DNA from: Planctomycetota bacterium
GTDB lineage: Bacteria > Planctomycetota > UBA1135 > UBA2386
Direction: 5' to 3'
NCBI GenBank assembly: GCA_046290465.1
Contig: JBKAGP010000001.1
Span: forward strand, 5,888,001-5,952,000
DNA length: 64,000 nt
Positions 50,879 through 60,245 of this stretch are shown here, in pieces; the first letter of the stretch is position 1; each line of letters starts with the position of its first letter. Below the pieces are notes generated by a model, which was given only the letters and a program-made list of their open reading frames with translations, had not been told where the DNA came from and did no database searches. The position numbers were made by a program, and so were the translations under genes.

Positions 50879-52333
50879 ATGGTGATGGTGTGTGCTTCGT
50901 GGCGGGTGTTGGTGGTCTGGGTGGTGGTGGTGGCGGGGTGTCTGGCGCAGCGGCCGAACGTGCTGTTCGTGTTCGCCGACGACCTGCGTGCCGATACGGT
51001 CGGGGCGTTCGGCGGCGAGAACGTGCACACGCCCAACCTCGATGCGTTGGCGGCGCGCGGCACCAGGCTGACGCAGGTCTACTGCCAGGGCTCGCGGCAC
51101 GGGGCCGTGTGCGCGCCGTCGCGCGCGATGCTGATGTCGGGGCGCATGCTGACGCAGGCGCCGGACGACCTGCAGGGCCGCAAGACGATGCCCGAGTACC
51201 TGCGTGAGGCGGGCTATGCGACGTTCCTGTCCGGCAAGTGGCACAACGGCGATGCGGCGCTGAAGCGCGCGTTCCCCGAGGCGCGCGCGGTGTTCCGCGG
51301 CGGCATGTGCGACCACTTCCAGGTGCCGCTGTGCGACGTCGTCGACGGCGAGATCGTGCGCAAGCGCCGGCCGGCGGGGCACTCGACCGAGCACTTCTGC
51401 GACGCGACCATCGACTTCCTGCGGCGCCACGTGGCGCGCGGTGACGGCCAGCCGTTCTTCTCGTACCTGCCGCTGACGGCGCCGCACGATCCGCGTGATC
51501 CGCCGCGCCGCTGGCTCGAGCGGCTGGCGGACCTGCCGGCGCCGGCGCTGCCGAAGAACTTCCGCGGCCAGCACGGCCTCAACCTCGGCCGCATGACGAT
51601 GACGGTGCGCGACGAGAACCTGCTGGGCTGGCCGCGCGATCCGGGGCAGCTGCGCGAGCAGCTCACCGAGTACCGCGCGCTGGTGGCCCATCTCGACGAG
51701 CAGGTCGGCCGCGTGCTGGCGGCGCTCGACGAGCTGGGCGTGCGCGACGACACGCTGGTCGTGTTCACCGCCGACCACGGCCTCGCGCTCGGCAGCCACG
51801 GCCTGCTCGGCAAGCAGAGCCTCTATGAACACTCGATGCGTTCGCCGTGCATCCTGTCCGGCCCGGGCGTGCCGGTCGGCGAACGCGACGGCCTCGCCTA
51901 CCTCTACGACCTGACGGCGACGGTGCTCGAGTCGGCCGGGGTGCAGGGAGCCAGGCTCGACGGTCGCAGCGTCTGGCCGATGGTGCGCGACGGCGCGCCG
52001 GGCCGCAGCGACCTCGTGCAGCTGTACGCGAAGACGCAGCGCGCGATCCGGCTGGGCGATCACAAGCTGATCCGCTACCCGCGCATCGACCGCACGGTGC
52101 TGTACGACGTCGCTGCGGACCCGCACGAGCTGGTCGACCTCGCCGGTCGCGCCGAGTTCGCGGCGAAGCGTCGGCAGCTCGAGGCGCTGCTGCAGAAGCG
52201 GCTCGCCGAGGCCGGGGACACGCTCGCGTGGCGCACCGAGCAGCAGGACCCGGTCGAGCTCGACCTGACCGGCAAGCGCTGGCGGGCCGACCGCTGGCAG
52301 CCCGAGTGGATCCGGGCGAAGTACTGGCGCTGA
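50879..52333 (+). CDS. Formylglycine-dependent sulfatase (choline-sulfatase-like)
   Basis: FADDL, CAPSRAMLMSG, GKWHNG, APHDP, ADHGLALGSHGLLGKQ. Confidence 0.95.
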   Translation: MVMVCASWRVLVVWVVVVAGCLAQRPNVLFVFADDLRADTVGAFGGENVHTPNLDALAARGTRLTQVYCQGSRHGAVCAPSRAMLMSGRMLTQAPDDLQGRKTMPEYLREAGYATFLSGKWHNGDAALKRAFPEARAVFRGGMCDHFQVPLCDVVDGEIVRKRRPAGHSTEHFCDATIDFLRRHVARGDGQPFFSYLPLTAPHDPRDPPRRWLERLADLPAPALPKNFRGQHGLNLGRMTMTVRDENLLGWPRDPGQLREQLTEYRALVAHLDEQVGRVLAALDELGVRDDTLVVFTADHGLALGSHGLLGKQSLYEHSMRSPCILSGPGVPVGERDGLAYLYDLTATVLESAGVQGARLDGRSVWPMVRDGAPGRSDLVQLYAKTQRAIRLGDHKLIRYPRIDRTVLYDVAADPHELVDLAGRAEFAAKRRQLEALLQKRLAEAGDTLAWRTEQQDPVELDLTGKRWRADRWQPEWIRAKYWR

Positions 52334-52343
52334 TCCGACCCGT

Positions 52344-53297
52344 TCAGCGGCCGATCCGGATCGTCGCCAGCAGCGGCCGGTGGTCGCTGCCGAACGAGGC
52401 GCCCAGCCGGGCCTGCTCGACGGCGAGGTCGCCAGCGACCAGCACGTGGTCGATCGGCACCCGCAGCGGGGCCGGCAGCGGATCGGGCCAGCTCGGCAGC
52501 CACCAGCGGGTGCTGCCGGCCGACAGCCCGGTCCGGGCCCGCATCTCGACGAACGCGTCGTTCCAGGGCGTCGCGTTGAAGTCGCCGAGCACGATCCGGC
52601 GCGCCGGCAGGTTCTCGAGGATCTTCGGGATCGCCGCCAGGCCGCGGTCGCGTTCGGCGATCCGCGCGGCGCTCGGCATCGGCGGCGGTGGGTGCACGCC
52701 GAGGACTCCGATCGGACCGTATGGGGTCTGCACTACGGTCCGGCCGAACGGGGACCACGGGTGGCCGCCCGGCACCATCTCGGCGACCACGAACGGGTGG
52801 CGTGAGTACATCGCCGCGCCGAACGAGCCGGGCTCGGCGCGCTCGAGTCGGTACGGGTAGTCCGACAGCACCGCGCGCAGGTACTTCTGCCACGACGGCG
52901 TGTACTCCCCGAACCAGATCACGTCCGGGGTCGCCTTGCGAACAACTGCCAAGGCGTGTTCATAGCCTTTGTCGTTGCTCTTCAGCAGGTTGAGTGCGGC
53001 TACGTGAATGCGTGGAGCGTTTTCCACATCACCTGGAAGGTCTTCCCCAGCGGCCCAGTCGGGCACGATTGCCGAGCCGGCGAGTGTCGCGAACGCCAGG
53101 CAGGCGCCGGCCGCGAGCCACTTGCGGCCGATGGCAAGCGCGGTGGCGGCCAGCAGCAGCGCGCCGCAGGCCTGCACCACGAAGCACGCCAGCAGGTCGA
53201 GGCTCCAGTGCACGGTGCCGAGCCACGGGCCGAGCGCGACCAGCGCATTCGGCGCGGCGAGCAGCACGACGACCCTGTGCCAGCGCAGCTTCTTCAC
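52344..53297 (-). CDS. Membrane-anchored endonuclease/exonuclease/phosphatase family protein
   Basis: LNL, DVIWFGE, LGDFNATPW, PIDHVL, GSDHRP; N-terminal TMs; GTG start at 53297. Confidence 0.9.
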   Translation of the reverse strand: MKKLRWHRVVVLLAAPNALVALGPWLGTVHWSLDLLACFVVQACGALLLAATALAIGRKWLAAGACLAFATLAGSAIVPDWAAGEDLPGDVENAPRIHVAALNLLKSNDKGYEHALAVVRKATPDVIWFGEYTPSWQKYLRAVLSDYPYRLERAEPGSFGAAMYSRHPFVVAEMVPGGHPWSPFGRTVVQTPYGPIGVLGVHPPPPMPSAARIAERDRGLAAIPKILENLPARRIVLGDFNATPWNDAFVEMRARTGLSAGSTRWWLPSWPDPLPAPLRVPIDHVLVAGDLAVEQARLGASFGSDHRPLLATIRIGR

Positions 53298-53408
53298 CTC
53301 GGCAGGATTGCGATCGGGTGGCGATGGTGCAAGGGGCCGGTTGCCGGCGCGGCCTTCCCTTCTGGCGTCCGGCTCGGCATCATGTTCGCCCCGATCGCCC
53401 GTCGCCCC

Positions 53409-53681
53409 ATGACCGACCAGCCCGTTCCCGAGCCCCACGACGTCCTCGCCGTAATTCGGGCCTTCGTGGCCAACTGGTTCCGCGACGGCAAGGAGGACGG
53501 GCTCGAGCTCGATACGCCGCTGGTCACGTCCGGGATCGTCGATTCGGCCGGCGTCATCGAGGTGGTCGAGTTCCTCGAGGAGCGCTTCCGCGTGACGGTG
53601 CAGGACAGCGACGTGTCGCTGGCCAACTGCAACACGCTGCAGGGGCTGACCGAGCTGGTGCAGCGCCGCATGTCGGCGTAG
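53409..53681 (+). CDS. Acyl/peptidyl carrier protein
   Basis: DTPLVTSGIVDSAGVIEVVEFLEERF (phosphopantetheine Ser in DS), acidic, 90 aa. Confidence 0.85.
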   Translation: MTDQPVPEPHDVLAVIRAFVANWFRDGKEDGLELDTPLVTSGIVDSAGVIEVVEFLEERFRVTVQDSDVSLANCNTLQGLTELVQRRMSA

Positions 53682-53776
53682 GAGCGAACGGCTGCAGCGC
53701 GGCAGAACTCGGGATCACACGCTCGCATCCCGCGGGCGAGTCGCTAACGTGTTTGCCCGAACTCCCGGCCAAAACC

Positions 53777-53953
53777 GTGTCCTTCCTGCTTCCCGTCCTG
53801 GTCATCACCGTCCCCGTCGTCGCCATCGCTCTGCTCGCGATGAAGGGGAAGAGCCTGGCCGGGTCATGTGGCGGGATGAATCCGGATGGCTCCTGCTCGC
53901 GATGTGGCAAGGCAGCCGGCGAGCCCGAACCCGAGGGGGCGTGCAGCCGCTGA
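53777..53953 (+). CDS. nqrM: Na+-NQR maturation factor NqrM-like
   Basis: One TM helix then GKSLAGSCGG...CSRC...C; directly upstream of nqrA. Confidence 0.75.
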   Translation: MSFLLPVLVITVPVVAIALLAMKGKSLAGSCGGMNPDGSCSRCGKAAGEPEPEGACSR

Positions 53954-53980
53954 TCGCGGTCGCCCGCCCGCTCGCACCCT

Positions 53981-54035
53981 TGACCGACTCCCAGGCCCCT
54001 GACTGACTCCCAGGCCCTGACCGACTCCCAGGCAC
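53981..54035. repeat. Three tandem 18-19-bp repeats upstream of nqrA
   Basis: tgaccgactcccaggcccc / tgactgactcccaggccc / tgaccgactcccaggcac. Confidence 0.88.
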
Positions 54036-54076
54036 TGTTGGCCAACACGAGACTCCACAACGAGGTCTCCTGACGG

Positions 54077-55426
54077 ATGACGACCCACAAGATCAAGAAA
54101 GGCTTCGACCTCCCGCTCGCGGGCCGGCCGGAGCAGGTCCTGGCGGACGCCGCCGAGCCCGCGAACGTGGCGCTCGAGACGTTCGAGTTCGCCGGCATCA
54201 AACCCAAGGTGCTGGTCAAGGAAGGTGACCAGGTCGAGACCGGCCAGCCGGTCTACCTGAACAAGGTCGACCGCGACATCGTCTGGTGCGCGCCGGCGAC
54301 CGGCACGGTCAAGGCGATCGAGTTCGGCCCGCGCCGCTTCCTGACGCGCGTCGTCATCGAGACGGCGGCCAGCGACAAGCGCCACGCCGACCTGCCGAAG
54401 CTGCCGCAGGACGGCAGCCGCGAGGACGTCGTCAAGGCCGTCAAGGGCGCTGGCCTGTGGCCGATGTTCAAGCAGCGTCCGCTCGGCAAGATGCCGGTCG
54501 GCGACGTCGCGCCGGTCGCGATCTTCGTCAACGGCATGGACACCGCGCCGCTGGCCGGCGACCCGTGCTTCGCGGTGCAGGGTCGCAGCGCCGACCTGCA
54601 GGCCGGGATCGACGTGCTGAAGCGGCTGACCGACGGCAAGGTCTACCTCGCGCTGCGCGCGGCCGGCGACCACCAGTCGGAGGTGCGCGGCCTCGGCGGC
54701 GTCGAGGTGCACGACTTCGACGGTCCGCACCCGTCGGGCCTGGTCGGCACCCACATCCACGAGATCCAGCCGCTCAAGCAGAGCGAGGTCGCGTTCGCGG
54801 TGTCGCTGGTCGACGTCGCGCGCATCGGCGCGTGGGCGCGCACCGGCGACTACCCGACCCACACGGTGGTCGCGGTCAGCGGCAGCGAGGCGCCGAACCG
54901 GCAGTACTACAGGGTGCGCCAGGGTGCGTCGCTGTCGGTGCTGACGAACGGTGGTGCTGCGAACGGTGACGTACGCTGCATCAACGGCGACGTGCTCAAC
55001 GGCTTCGTCGTCGAGCTGGACGGCTTCCTCGGCTTCGGCAACCGCACGGTGACGCTGATGCAGGAGGGCACCGACCGCCGCGACATGTTCGGCTGGGCGA
55101 TCCCGCAGTTCGGCAAGAAGCTGAGCAACCACGCGGCGGTCAACTTCGGCCTCGACAAGGGCGAATACACTCCCGACGCGCGCCTGCACGGCGGCCACCG
55201 CCCGATCGTCAACATCGGCTCGTGGGAGAAGGTGCTGCCGCTCGACATCCTGCCGACGTTCCTCGTCCGCGCCATCCAGGCGAAGGACCTCGAGGAGGCC
55301 ATCAAGCTCGGCCTGCTGGAGGTGACCGAGGAGGACGTCGCGCTGTGCACGTTCGTCGATCCCTGCAAGATCGACGTCGGCGAGGTCATCCGCCAGGGAC
55401 TCGACATGTATGAGAAGGAGAGCTGA
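54077..55426 (+). CDS. nqrA: Na+-translocating NADH:quinone reductase subunit A
   Basis: KIKKGFDLPLAG, GPHPSGLVGTHIH, EEDVALCTFVDPCK. Confidence 0.95.
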   Translation: MTTHKIKKGFDLPLAGRPEQVLADAAEPANVALETFEFAGIKPKVLVKEGDQVETGQPVYLNKVDRDIVWCAPATGTVKAIEFGPRRFLTRVVIETAASDKRHADLPKLPQDGSREDVVKAVKGAGLWPMFKQRPLGKMPVGDVAPVAIFVNGMDTAPLAGDPCFAVQGRSADLQAGIDVLKRLTDGKVYLALRAAGDHQSEVRGLGGVEVHDFDGPHPSGLVGTHIHEIQPLKQSEVAFAVSLVDVARIGAWARTGDYPTHTVVAVSGSEAPNRQYYRVRQGASLSVLTNGGAANGDVRCINGDVLNGFVVELDGFLGFGNRTVTLMQEGTDRRDMFGWAIPQFGKKLSNHAAVNFGLDKGEYTPDARLHGGHRPIVNIGSWEKVLPLDILPTFLVRAIQAKDLEEAIKLGLLEVTEEDVALCTFVDPCKIDVGEVIRQGLDMYEKES

Positions 55427-55429
55427 GCC

Positions 55430-56734
55430 GTGAGGTTCCTACGCAACCTGGTCGACAAGCAGCGCAAGCTGTACCACGGCGAGGACAGCAAGTTCCACAA
55501 GGTGTGGCCGCTGTTCGACGCGCTCGAGACCTTCCTGTTCGCGCCGGACTTCCGCGCCGGCAAGACGCGCGTGCACGTCCGCGACTACGTGGACCTCAAG
55601 CGCGTGATGAACAGCGTCATCATCGCGATGGTGCCGTGCCTGCTGTGGGCCTTCTGGAACACCGGCGCGCAGCACTTCGCGGCGGTCACCCAGATGGGCA
55701 TCGCCCAGCAGGACTACGTCAACGGCTGGCTGCAGGGCCTGCTCGGCACGCCGGTGCTCGGCGCCGAGGGCGGCGTGTCGGCCTACGACACGCTGGTCTT
55801 CGGCCTGCAGCGCATGCTGCCGATCGTGGTCGTCAGCTACGGCGTCGGCCTCGCGATCGAGGGCCTGTTCTCGGTGATCCGCAAGGAGGAGGTCAGCGAG
55901 GGCTACCTCGTCTCCGGCATGCTGATCGCGCTGATCGTGCCGCCGTCGACGCCGCTCTGGCAGCTGGCGATCGGCGTCGCGTTCTCGGTCGTGCTCGGCA
56001 AGGAGGTGTTCGGCGGAACCGGCATGAACATCTTCAACCCGGCGATGATGGTGCGCGCGTTCCTGTTCTTCGCGTTCCCGGCGCAGATGTCGGGCGACAC
56101 CGTCTGGGTCGCCGGCAATACGTCGCCGAGCGGCGTGCCGGGCAACCTGATCGACGGCTACTCGGAGCCGACCGCCCTGGCCGTCGCCAAGGCCGCGGTC
56201 AACGAGGGCAAGGACGCCGGCCAGGCGCTGGCCGACTTCGGCGGCGGCGACGTCTACACGCACGCCAACCTGTTCTTCGGCAACATCCCCGGCAGCTGCG
56301 GCGAGATGTCGAAGCTGGCGGTGCTGATCGGTGCGGCGATCCTGCTGATCACCGGCGTCGCCAGCTGGCGCACGATGCTCGGCGGCGTGCTCGGCATGCT
56401 CGGCGCAGCGTTCTTCGTGCCGATGCTGGCCGAGGCGTCGGGCCTGATCCCGGACGGCTCGCTGCACCTGGCGCCGTGGGAGCACCTGCTCTGCGGCGGC
56501 TTCCTGTTCGGCATCGTCTTCATGGCGACCGACCCGGTGTCGAGCCCGGAGACGGACTTCGGCAAGTGGATCTACGGCGTGCTGATCGGCGTCTTCACGA
56601 TCCTCGTGCGGATGATCAACCCGGCGTACCCCGAAGGCACGATGCTGGCGATCCTGCTGCTCAACGCCTTTGCGCCGACCATCGACCACTTCATCGTCGC
56701 GGCCAACATCAAGCGGAGGCTCCGTCGGGCATGA
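55430..56734 (+). CDS. nqrB: Na+-NQR subunit B
   Basis: HVRDYVDLKR, GKEVFGGTGMNIFNPA, FMATDPVS, NPAYPEG. Confidence 0.95.
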   Translation: MRFLRNLVDKQRKLYHGEDSKFHKVWPLFDALETFLFAPDFRAGKTRVHVRDYVDLKRVMNSVIIAMVPCLLWAFWNTGAQHFAAVTQMGIAQQDYVNGWLQGLLGTPVLGAEGGVSAYDTLVFGLQRMLPIVVVSYGVGLAIEGLFSVIRKEEVSEGYLVSGMLIALIVPPSTPLWQLAIGVAFSVVLGKEVFGGTGMNIFNPAMMVRAFLFFAFPAQMSGDTVWVAGNTSPSGVPGNLIDGYSEPTALAVAKAAVNEGKDAGQALADFGGGDVYTHANLFFGNIPGSCGEMSKLAVLIGAAILLITGVASWRTMLGGVLGMLGAAFFVPMLAEASGLIPDGSLHLAPWEHLLCGGFLFGIVFMATDPVSSPETDFGKWIYGVLIGVFTILVRMINPAYPEGTMLAILLLNAFAPTIDHFIVAANIKRRLRRA

Positions 56735-57438
56735 ACACCAACAGCAACTCCTACGTGATGCTCTTCTCGGTCGGCATGTGCGTGACCGTCAGCACGGTGC
56801 TGGCGCTGCTCGCCAACGGCCTGCGCGAGACCCAGCAGGCGGCCGCCGAGTTCGACCGCCAGAAGAACGTGATGATGGCCGCCGGCCTGATGAAGGACGG
56901 CGATGCGGACACCAAGTCGCGCGAGGAGCTCGAGAAGCTGTTCGCCGACAAGGTCCAAGAGTTCACGATCGACGTGCAAGACGGCTCGACGATCGACGAC
57001 GAGGAGGTCGCCGCCGACAAGCGCAAGGAGGACCCGCTGCGCTACCGCATCGTCGGCGCGGCCGACACCGAGTCCGGCAAGGTCATCATCCTGCCGGTGT
57101 CGGGCAAGGGCCTGTGGTCGACGATCTACGGCTACATCGCGCTCGAAGAGGACAAGGACCACGTGCGCGGCATCACCTTCTACAAGCACGGCGAGACCCC
57201 CGGCCTCGGCGGCGAGGTCGAGAACCCCAACTGGACCGCTCAGTGGAAGGGCAAGTCGATCCGCCGCGATGACGGCATCGGCGTGATCGTCAAGAAGGGC
57301 AAGGTCGACGAGAGCAAGCCCGTCGAGAAGCAGCACTACGTCGACGGCTTGGCCGGCGCGACCATCACCAGCAACGGCGTCACGCGCTTCGTCGAGCGCG
57401 ACCTGAAGTCGTTCGAGGCGTACCTGAGCAAGAACTAG
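56731..57438 (+). CDS. nqrC: Na+-NQR subunit C
   Basis: GKGLWSTIYG, HGETPGLGGEV, VDGLAGATITS flavinylation motif. Confidence 0.95.
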   Translation: MNTNSNSYVMLFSVGMCVTVSTVLALLANGLRETQQAAAEFDRQKNVMMAAGLMKDGDADTKSREELEKLFADKVQEFTIDVQDGSTIDDEEVAADKRKEDPLRYRIVGAADTESGKVIILPVSGKGLWSTIYGYIALEEDKDHVRGITFYKHGETPGLGGEVENPNWTAQWKGKSIRRDDGIGVIVKKGKVDESKPVEKQHYVDGLAGATITSNGVTRFVERDLKSFEAYLSKN

Positions 57439-57449
57439 AGACCCCAACG

Positions 57450-58109
57450 ATGACTTCGACCGCAACCCCGGAAACGGAGAAGGCGCCGCTCTTCGGTGAC
57501 GAAGAGAAGCGCGTCGTGCTCGACCCGCTGTGGGACAACAACCCGATCGCGACGCAGGTGCTCGGCATCTGCTCGGCGCTGGCGGTGACCACCAGCCTGG
57601 ACGTCTCGATCGTGATGGGCATCTCGGTGATCTGCGTGATGGCGATGGCCAACGTGGTGATCTCCCTGCTGCGCAAGATGATCCCGAGCAAGATCCGCAT
57701 CATCGTGCAGCTCGTCGTGGTGTCGGGCGCCGTGATCATCGTCGACCAGGTGCTGCGCGCCTACGCGTTCGACCTGGCCAAGCAGCTCGGCGTGTTCATC
57801 TCGCTGATCATCACCAACTGCATCGTGATGGGCCGCCTGGAGGCCTACGCGATGGGCAACCCGCCGTGGCGCAGCCTGCTCGACGGCATCTCCAACGGCC
57901 TCGGCTACGCCTGGGTCATCTGCGTCGTCGGCGCGGTCCGCGAGATCTTCGGCTCGGGCAAGCTGCTCGGCATGCAGGTGATCCCGGACGCGATGTACGA
58001 GGCGGGCTACGTCAACAACGGCCTGATGGTGCTGGCGCCCGGCGCGTTCATCCTGCTCGGGGTGATCGTCTGGGTGCAGCGCGCGATCATGGGCAAGGTG
58101 GAGGAGTAA
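57450..58109 (+). CDS. nqrD: Na+-NQR subunit D
   Basis: NNPIATQVLGICSALAVT, LIITNCIVMGR. Confidence 0.95.
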   Translation: MTSTATPETEKAPLFGDEEKRVVLDPLWDNNPIATQVLGICSALAVTTSLDVSIVMGISVICVMAMANVVISLLRKMIPSKIRIIVQLVVVSGAVIIVDQVLRAYAFDLAKQLGVFISLIITNCIVMGRLEAYAMGNPPWRSLLDGISNGLGYAWVICVVGAVREIFGSGKLLGMQVIPDAMYEAGYVNNGLMVLAPGAFILLGVIVWVQRAIMGKVEE

Positions 58110-58112
58110 GGC

Positions 58113-58817
58113 ATGATCCTCGAGACTCTGACCAGCGTCGATCTGGCTGCATTCGATCTGGGTGCATTCGATCTGGGAGCGGTGGCGCTCCCGCAGGAAG
58201 GCGTGACCGCCGACGGTCCGTCCTACATCGGCATCGCGCTGCGCGCGATCTTCGTCGAGAACATCCTGCTCGCGTTCTTCCTGGGCATGTGCAGCTACCT
58301 CGCGGTCTCGAGCCGCGTCGACAGCTCGCTCGGCCTCGGCGTCGCGGTCATCTTCGTGCTCGGCCTGACGGTGCCGCTCAACTGGTGCATCCAGACCTAC
58401 ATCCTGGCGCCCGGCGCGCTGGCGTGGGCCGGCTTCCCGGACTCGGACCTGAGCTACCTGCAGTTCTTGACGTTCATCGCGACGATCGCCGCCGCCGTGC
58501 AGCTGGTCGAGATGGCCGTCGACAAGATGAGCCCCAAGCTCTACGCGGCGCTCGGCATCTTCCTGCCGCTGATCGCGGTGAACTGCGCGATCCTCGGCAG
58601 CTCGATGTTCATGGTCGAGCGCAACTACACGTTCGGGCAGTCGGTCGTCTACGGCCTCAGCTCGGGCACCGGCTGGCTGCTCGCCATCGTCAGCATGGCG
58701 GCGATCCGCTGGAAGCTGCGCACGGCGCACATCCCGGGCCCGCTCAAGGGCCTCGGCATCACGTTCATCACCACGGGCCTGATCGCGATGGCCTTCATGA
58801 CCTTCAGCGGCATCTAG
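58113..58817 (+). CDS. nqrE: Na+-NQR subunit E (with N-terminal extension)
   Basis: FLGMCSYLAVS, GIFLPLIAVNCAI, GLGITFITTGL, FSGI. Confidence 0.95.
   Translation: MILETLTSVDLAAFDLGAFDLGAVALPQEGVTADGPSYIGIALRAIFVENILLAFFLGMCSYLAVSSRVDSSLGLGVAVIFVLGLTVPLNWCIQTYILAPGALAWAGFPDSDLSYLQFLTFIATIAAAVQLVEMAVDKMSPKLYAALGIFLPLIAVNCAILGSSMFMVERNYTFGQSVVYGLSSGTGWLLAIVSMAAIRWKLRTAHIPGPLKGLGITFITTGLIAMAFMTFSGI
58138..58182 (+). repeat. 15-bp tandem triplication in the nqrE 5' region
   Basis: tcgatctggctgcat / tcgatctgggtgcat / tcgatctgggagcgg (DLAAF DLGAF DLGA). Confidence 0.85.
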
Positions 58818-58834
58818 GAGAGAGGTAGCGAATC

Positions 58835-60061
58835 ATGGACATCCTGTTGGGGATTCTCGCTCTCACGGCAGTCATCGTGCTGCTGGTGGTGGTGCTGATG
58901 TTCGCCGAGAGCAAGCTGGTGCCGAAGGGCAACGTCAAGCTGCTGATCAACGGCGACGCGGACAAGTCGCCGGAGGTCCCGATCGGCAGCAACCTGCTGA
59001 CCGCGCTGAGCGACACCGGCCTGTTCCTGCCGTCGGCGTGCGGTGGTGGCGGTTCTTGCGCGATGTGCAAGTGCCAGGTCTTCGAGGGCGGCGGCGACAT
59101 CCTGCCGACCGAGAAGACCCACATCAACCGCTCCGAGGAGAAGGAAGGCGTGCGCCTGGCCTGCCAGGTCAAGGTGCGCGGCCCGATGAAGATCAAGGTG
59201 CCGGACGAGGTGTTCGGCATCAAGAAGTGGGAGTGCACGGTCCGCTCCAACGACAACGTCGCGACGTTCATCAAGGAGTTCGTCGTCGAGCTGCCGAAGG
59301 GAGAGATCCTCGACTTCGAGTCGGGCGGCTACATCCAGATCGACGTGCCGAAGTACAAGGACCTCAAGTTCTCGGACTTCGACATCGGTGAGGAGTACCG
59401 CGAGGACTGGGACAAGTACAAGCTCTGGGACCTGGTCGCCAACAACCCGGAGCCGTGCTTCCGCGCCTACTCGATGGCCAACCACCCGGCCGAGGGCAAC
59501 ATCGTGATGCTCAACATCCGCATCGCGACGCCGCCGCCGCGCCAGATGGACCTGCCGCCGGGCATCTGCTCGTCGTACGTGTTCTCGCTGAAGCCGGGCG
59601 ACAAGGTGACGATCTCGGGCCCGTACGGCGAGTTCTTCATCAAGGACACCGACCGCGAGATGATCTACGTCGGTGGTGGTGCCGGCATGGCGCCGCTGCG
59701 CAGCCACATCTTCCACCTGTTCCACACGCTGAAGACCGGCCGCAAGGTCAGCTACTGGTACGTGGCGCGCAGCAAGCGCGAGATGTTCTACACGGATCAC
59801 TTCGAAGCCATCGAGAAGGAGTTCCCGAACTTCAAGTACCACGTGGCGCTGTCCGACCCGATGGAGGAGGACAACTGGACCGGCTACACCGGCTTCATCC
59901 ACCAGGTGCTCTACGACAACTACCTGAAGGACCACGAGAACCTCGACGAGATCGAGTTCTACATGTGTGGTCCGCCGATGATGAACAGCGCGGTCCAGAA
60001 CATGCTCGACGACATGGGCGTCGAGAAGGACATGATCGCGTTCGACGACTTCGGCGGTTGA
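58835..60061 (+). CDS. nqrF: Na+-NQR subunit F
   Basis: [12 protein letters not shown]...RLAC (2Fe-2S), [28 protein letters not shown]. Confidence 0.96.
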   Translation: MDILLGILALTAVIVLLVVVLMFAESKLVPKGNVKLLINGDADKSPEVPIGSNLLTALSDTGLFLPSACGGGGSCAMCKCQVFEGGGDILPTEKTHINRSEEKEGVRLACQVKVRGPMKIKVPDEVFGIKKWECTVRSNDNVATFIKEFVVELPKGEILDFESGGYIQIDVPKYKDLKFSDFDIGEEYREDWDKYKLWDLVANNPEPCFRAYSMANHPAEGNIVMLNIRIATPPPRQMDLPPGICSSYVFSLKPGDKVTISGPYGEFFIKDTDREMIYVGGGAGMAPLRSHIFHLFHTLKTGRKVSYWYVARSKREMFYTDHFEAIEKEFPNFKYHVALSDPMEEDNWTGYTGFIHQVLYDNYLKDHENLDEIEFYMCGPPMMNSAVQNMLDDMGVEKDMIAFDDFGG

Positions 60062-60245
60062 TCGCGTCGGCGCGCTGCGTCGATGCGAGCCACGATCGTC
60101 ACCGAGCGCGCCGGCACCGGGAACGGCGCTTTGCCGGCCCTTGCGGACCAGCAGCGACACGCCGTCCGGCGTGTCGAGGAGCGCTGCGATCGGATCGGTA
60201 GGTGGGGGCGCTCCCGGACCTCTGGGTGCTACCATCGGCGCGACG

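Noticed and set aside
53951..53953. Sec codon at the end of the Cys-rich nqrM
   Set aside because: Length already fits NqrM, another stop follows within about 10 codons, and no convincing SECIS hairpin was seen.
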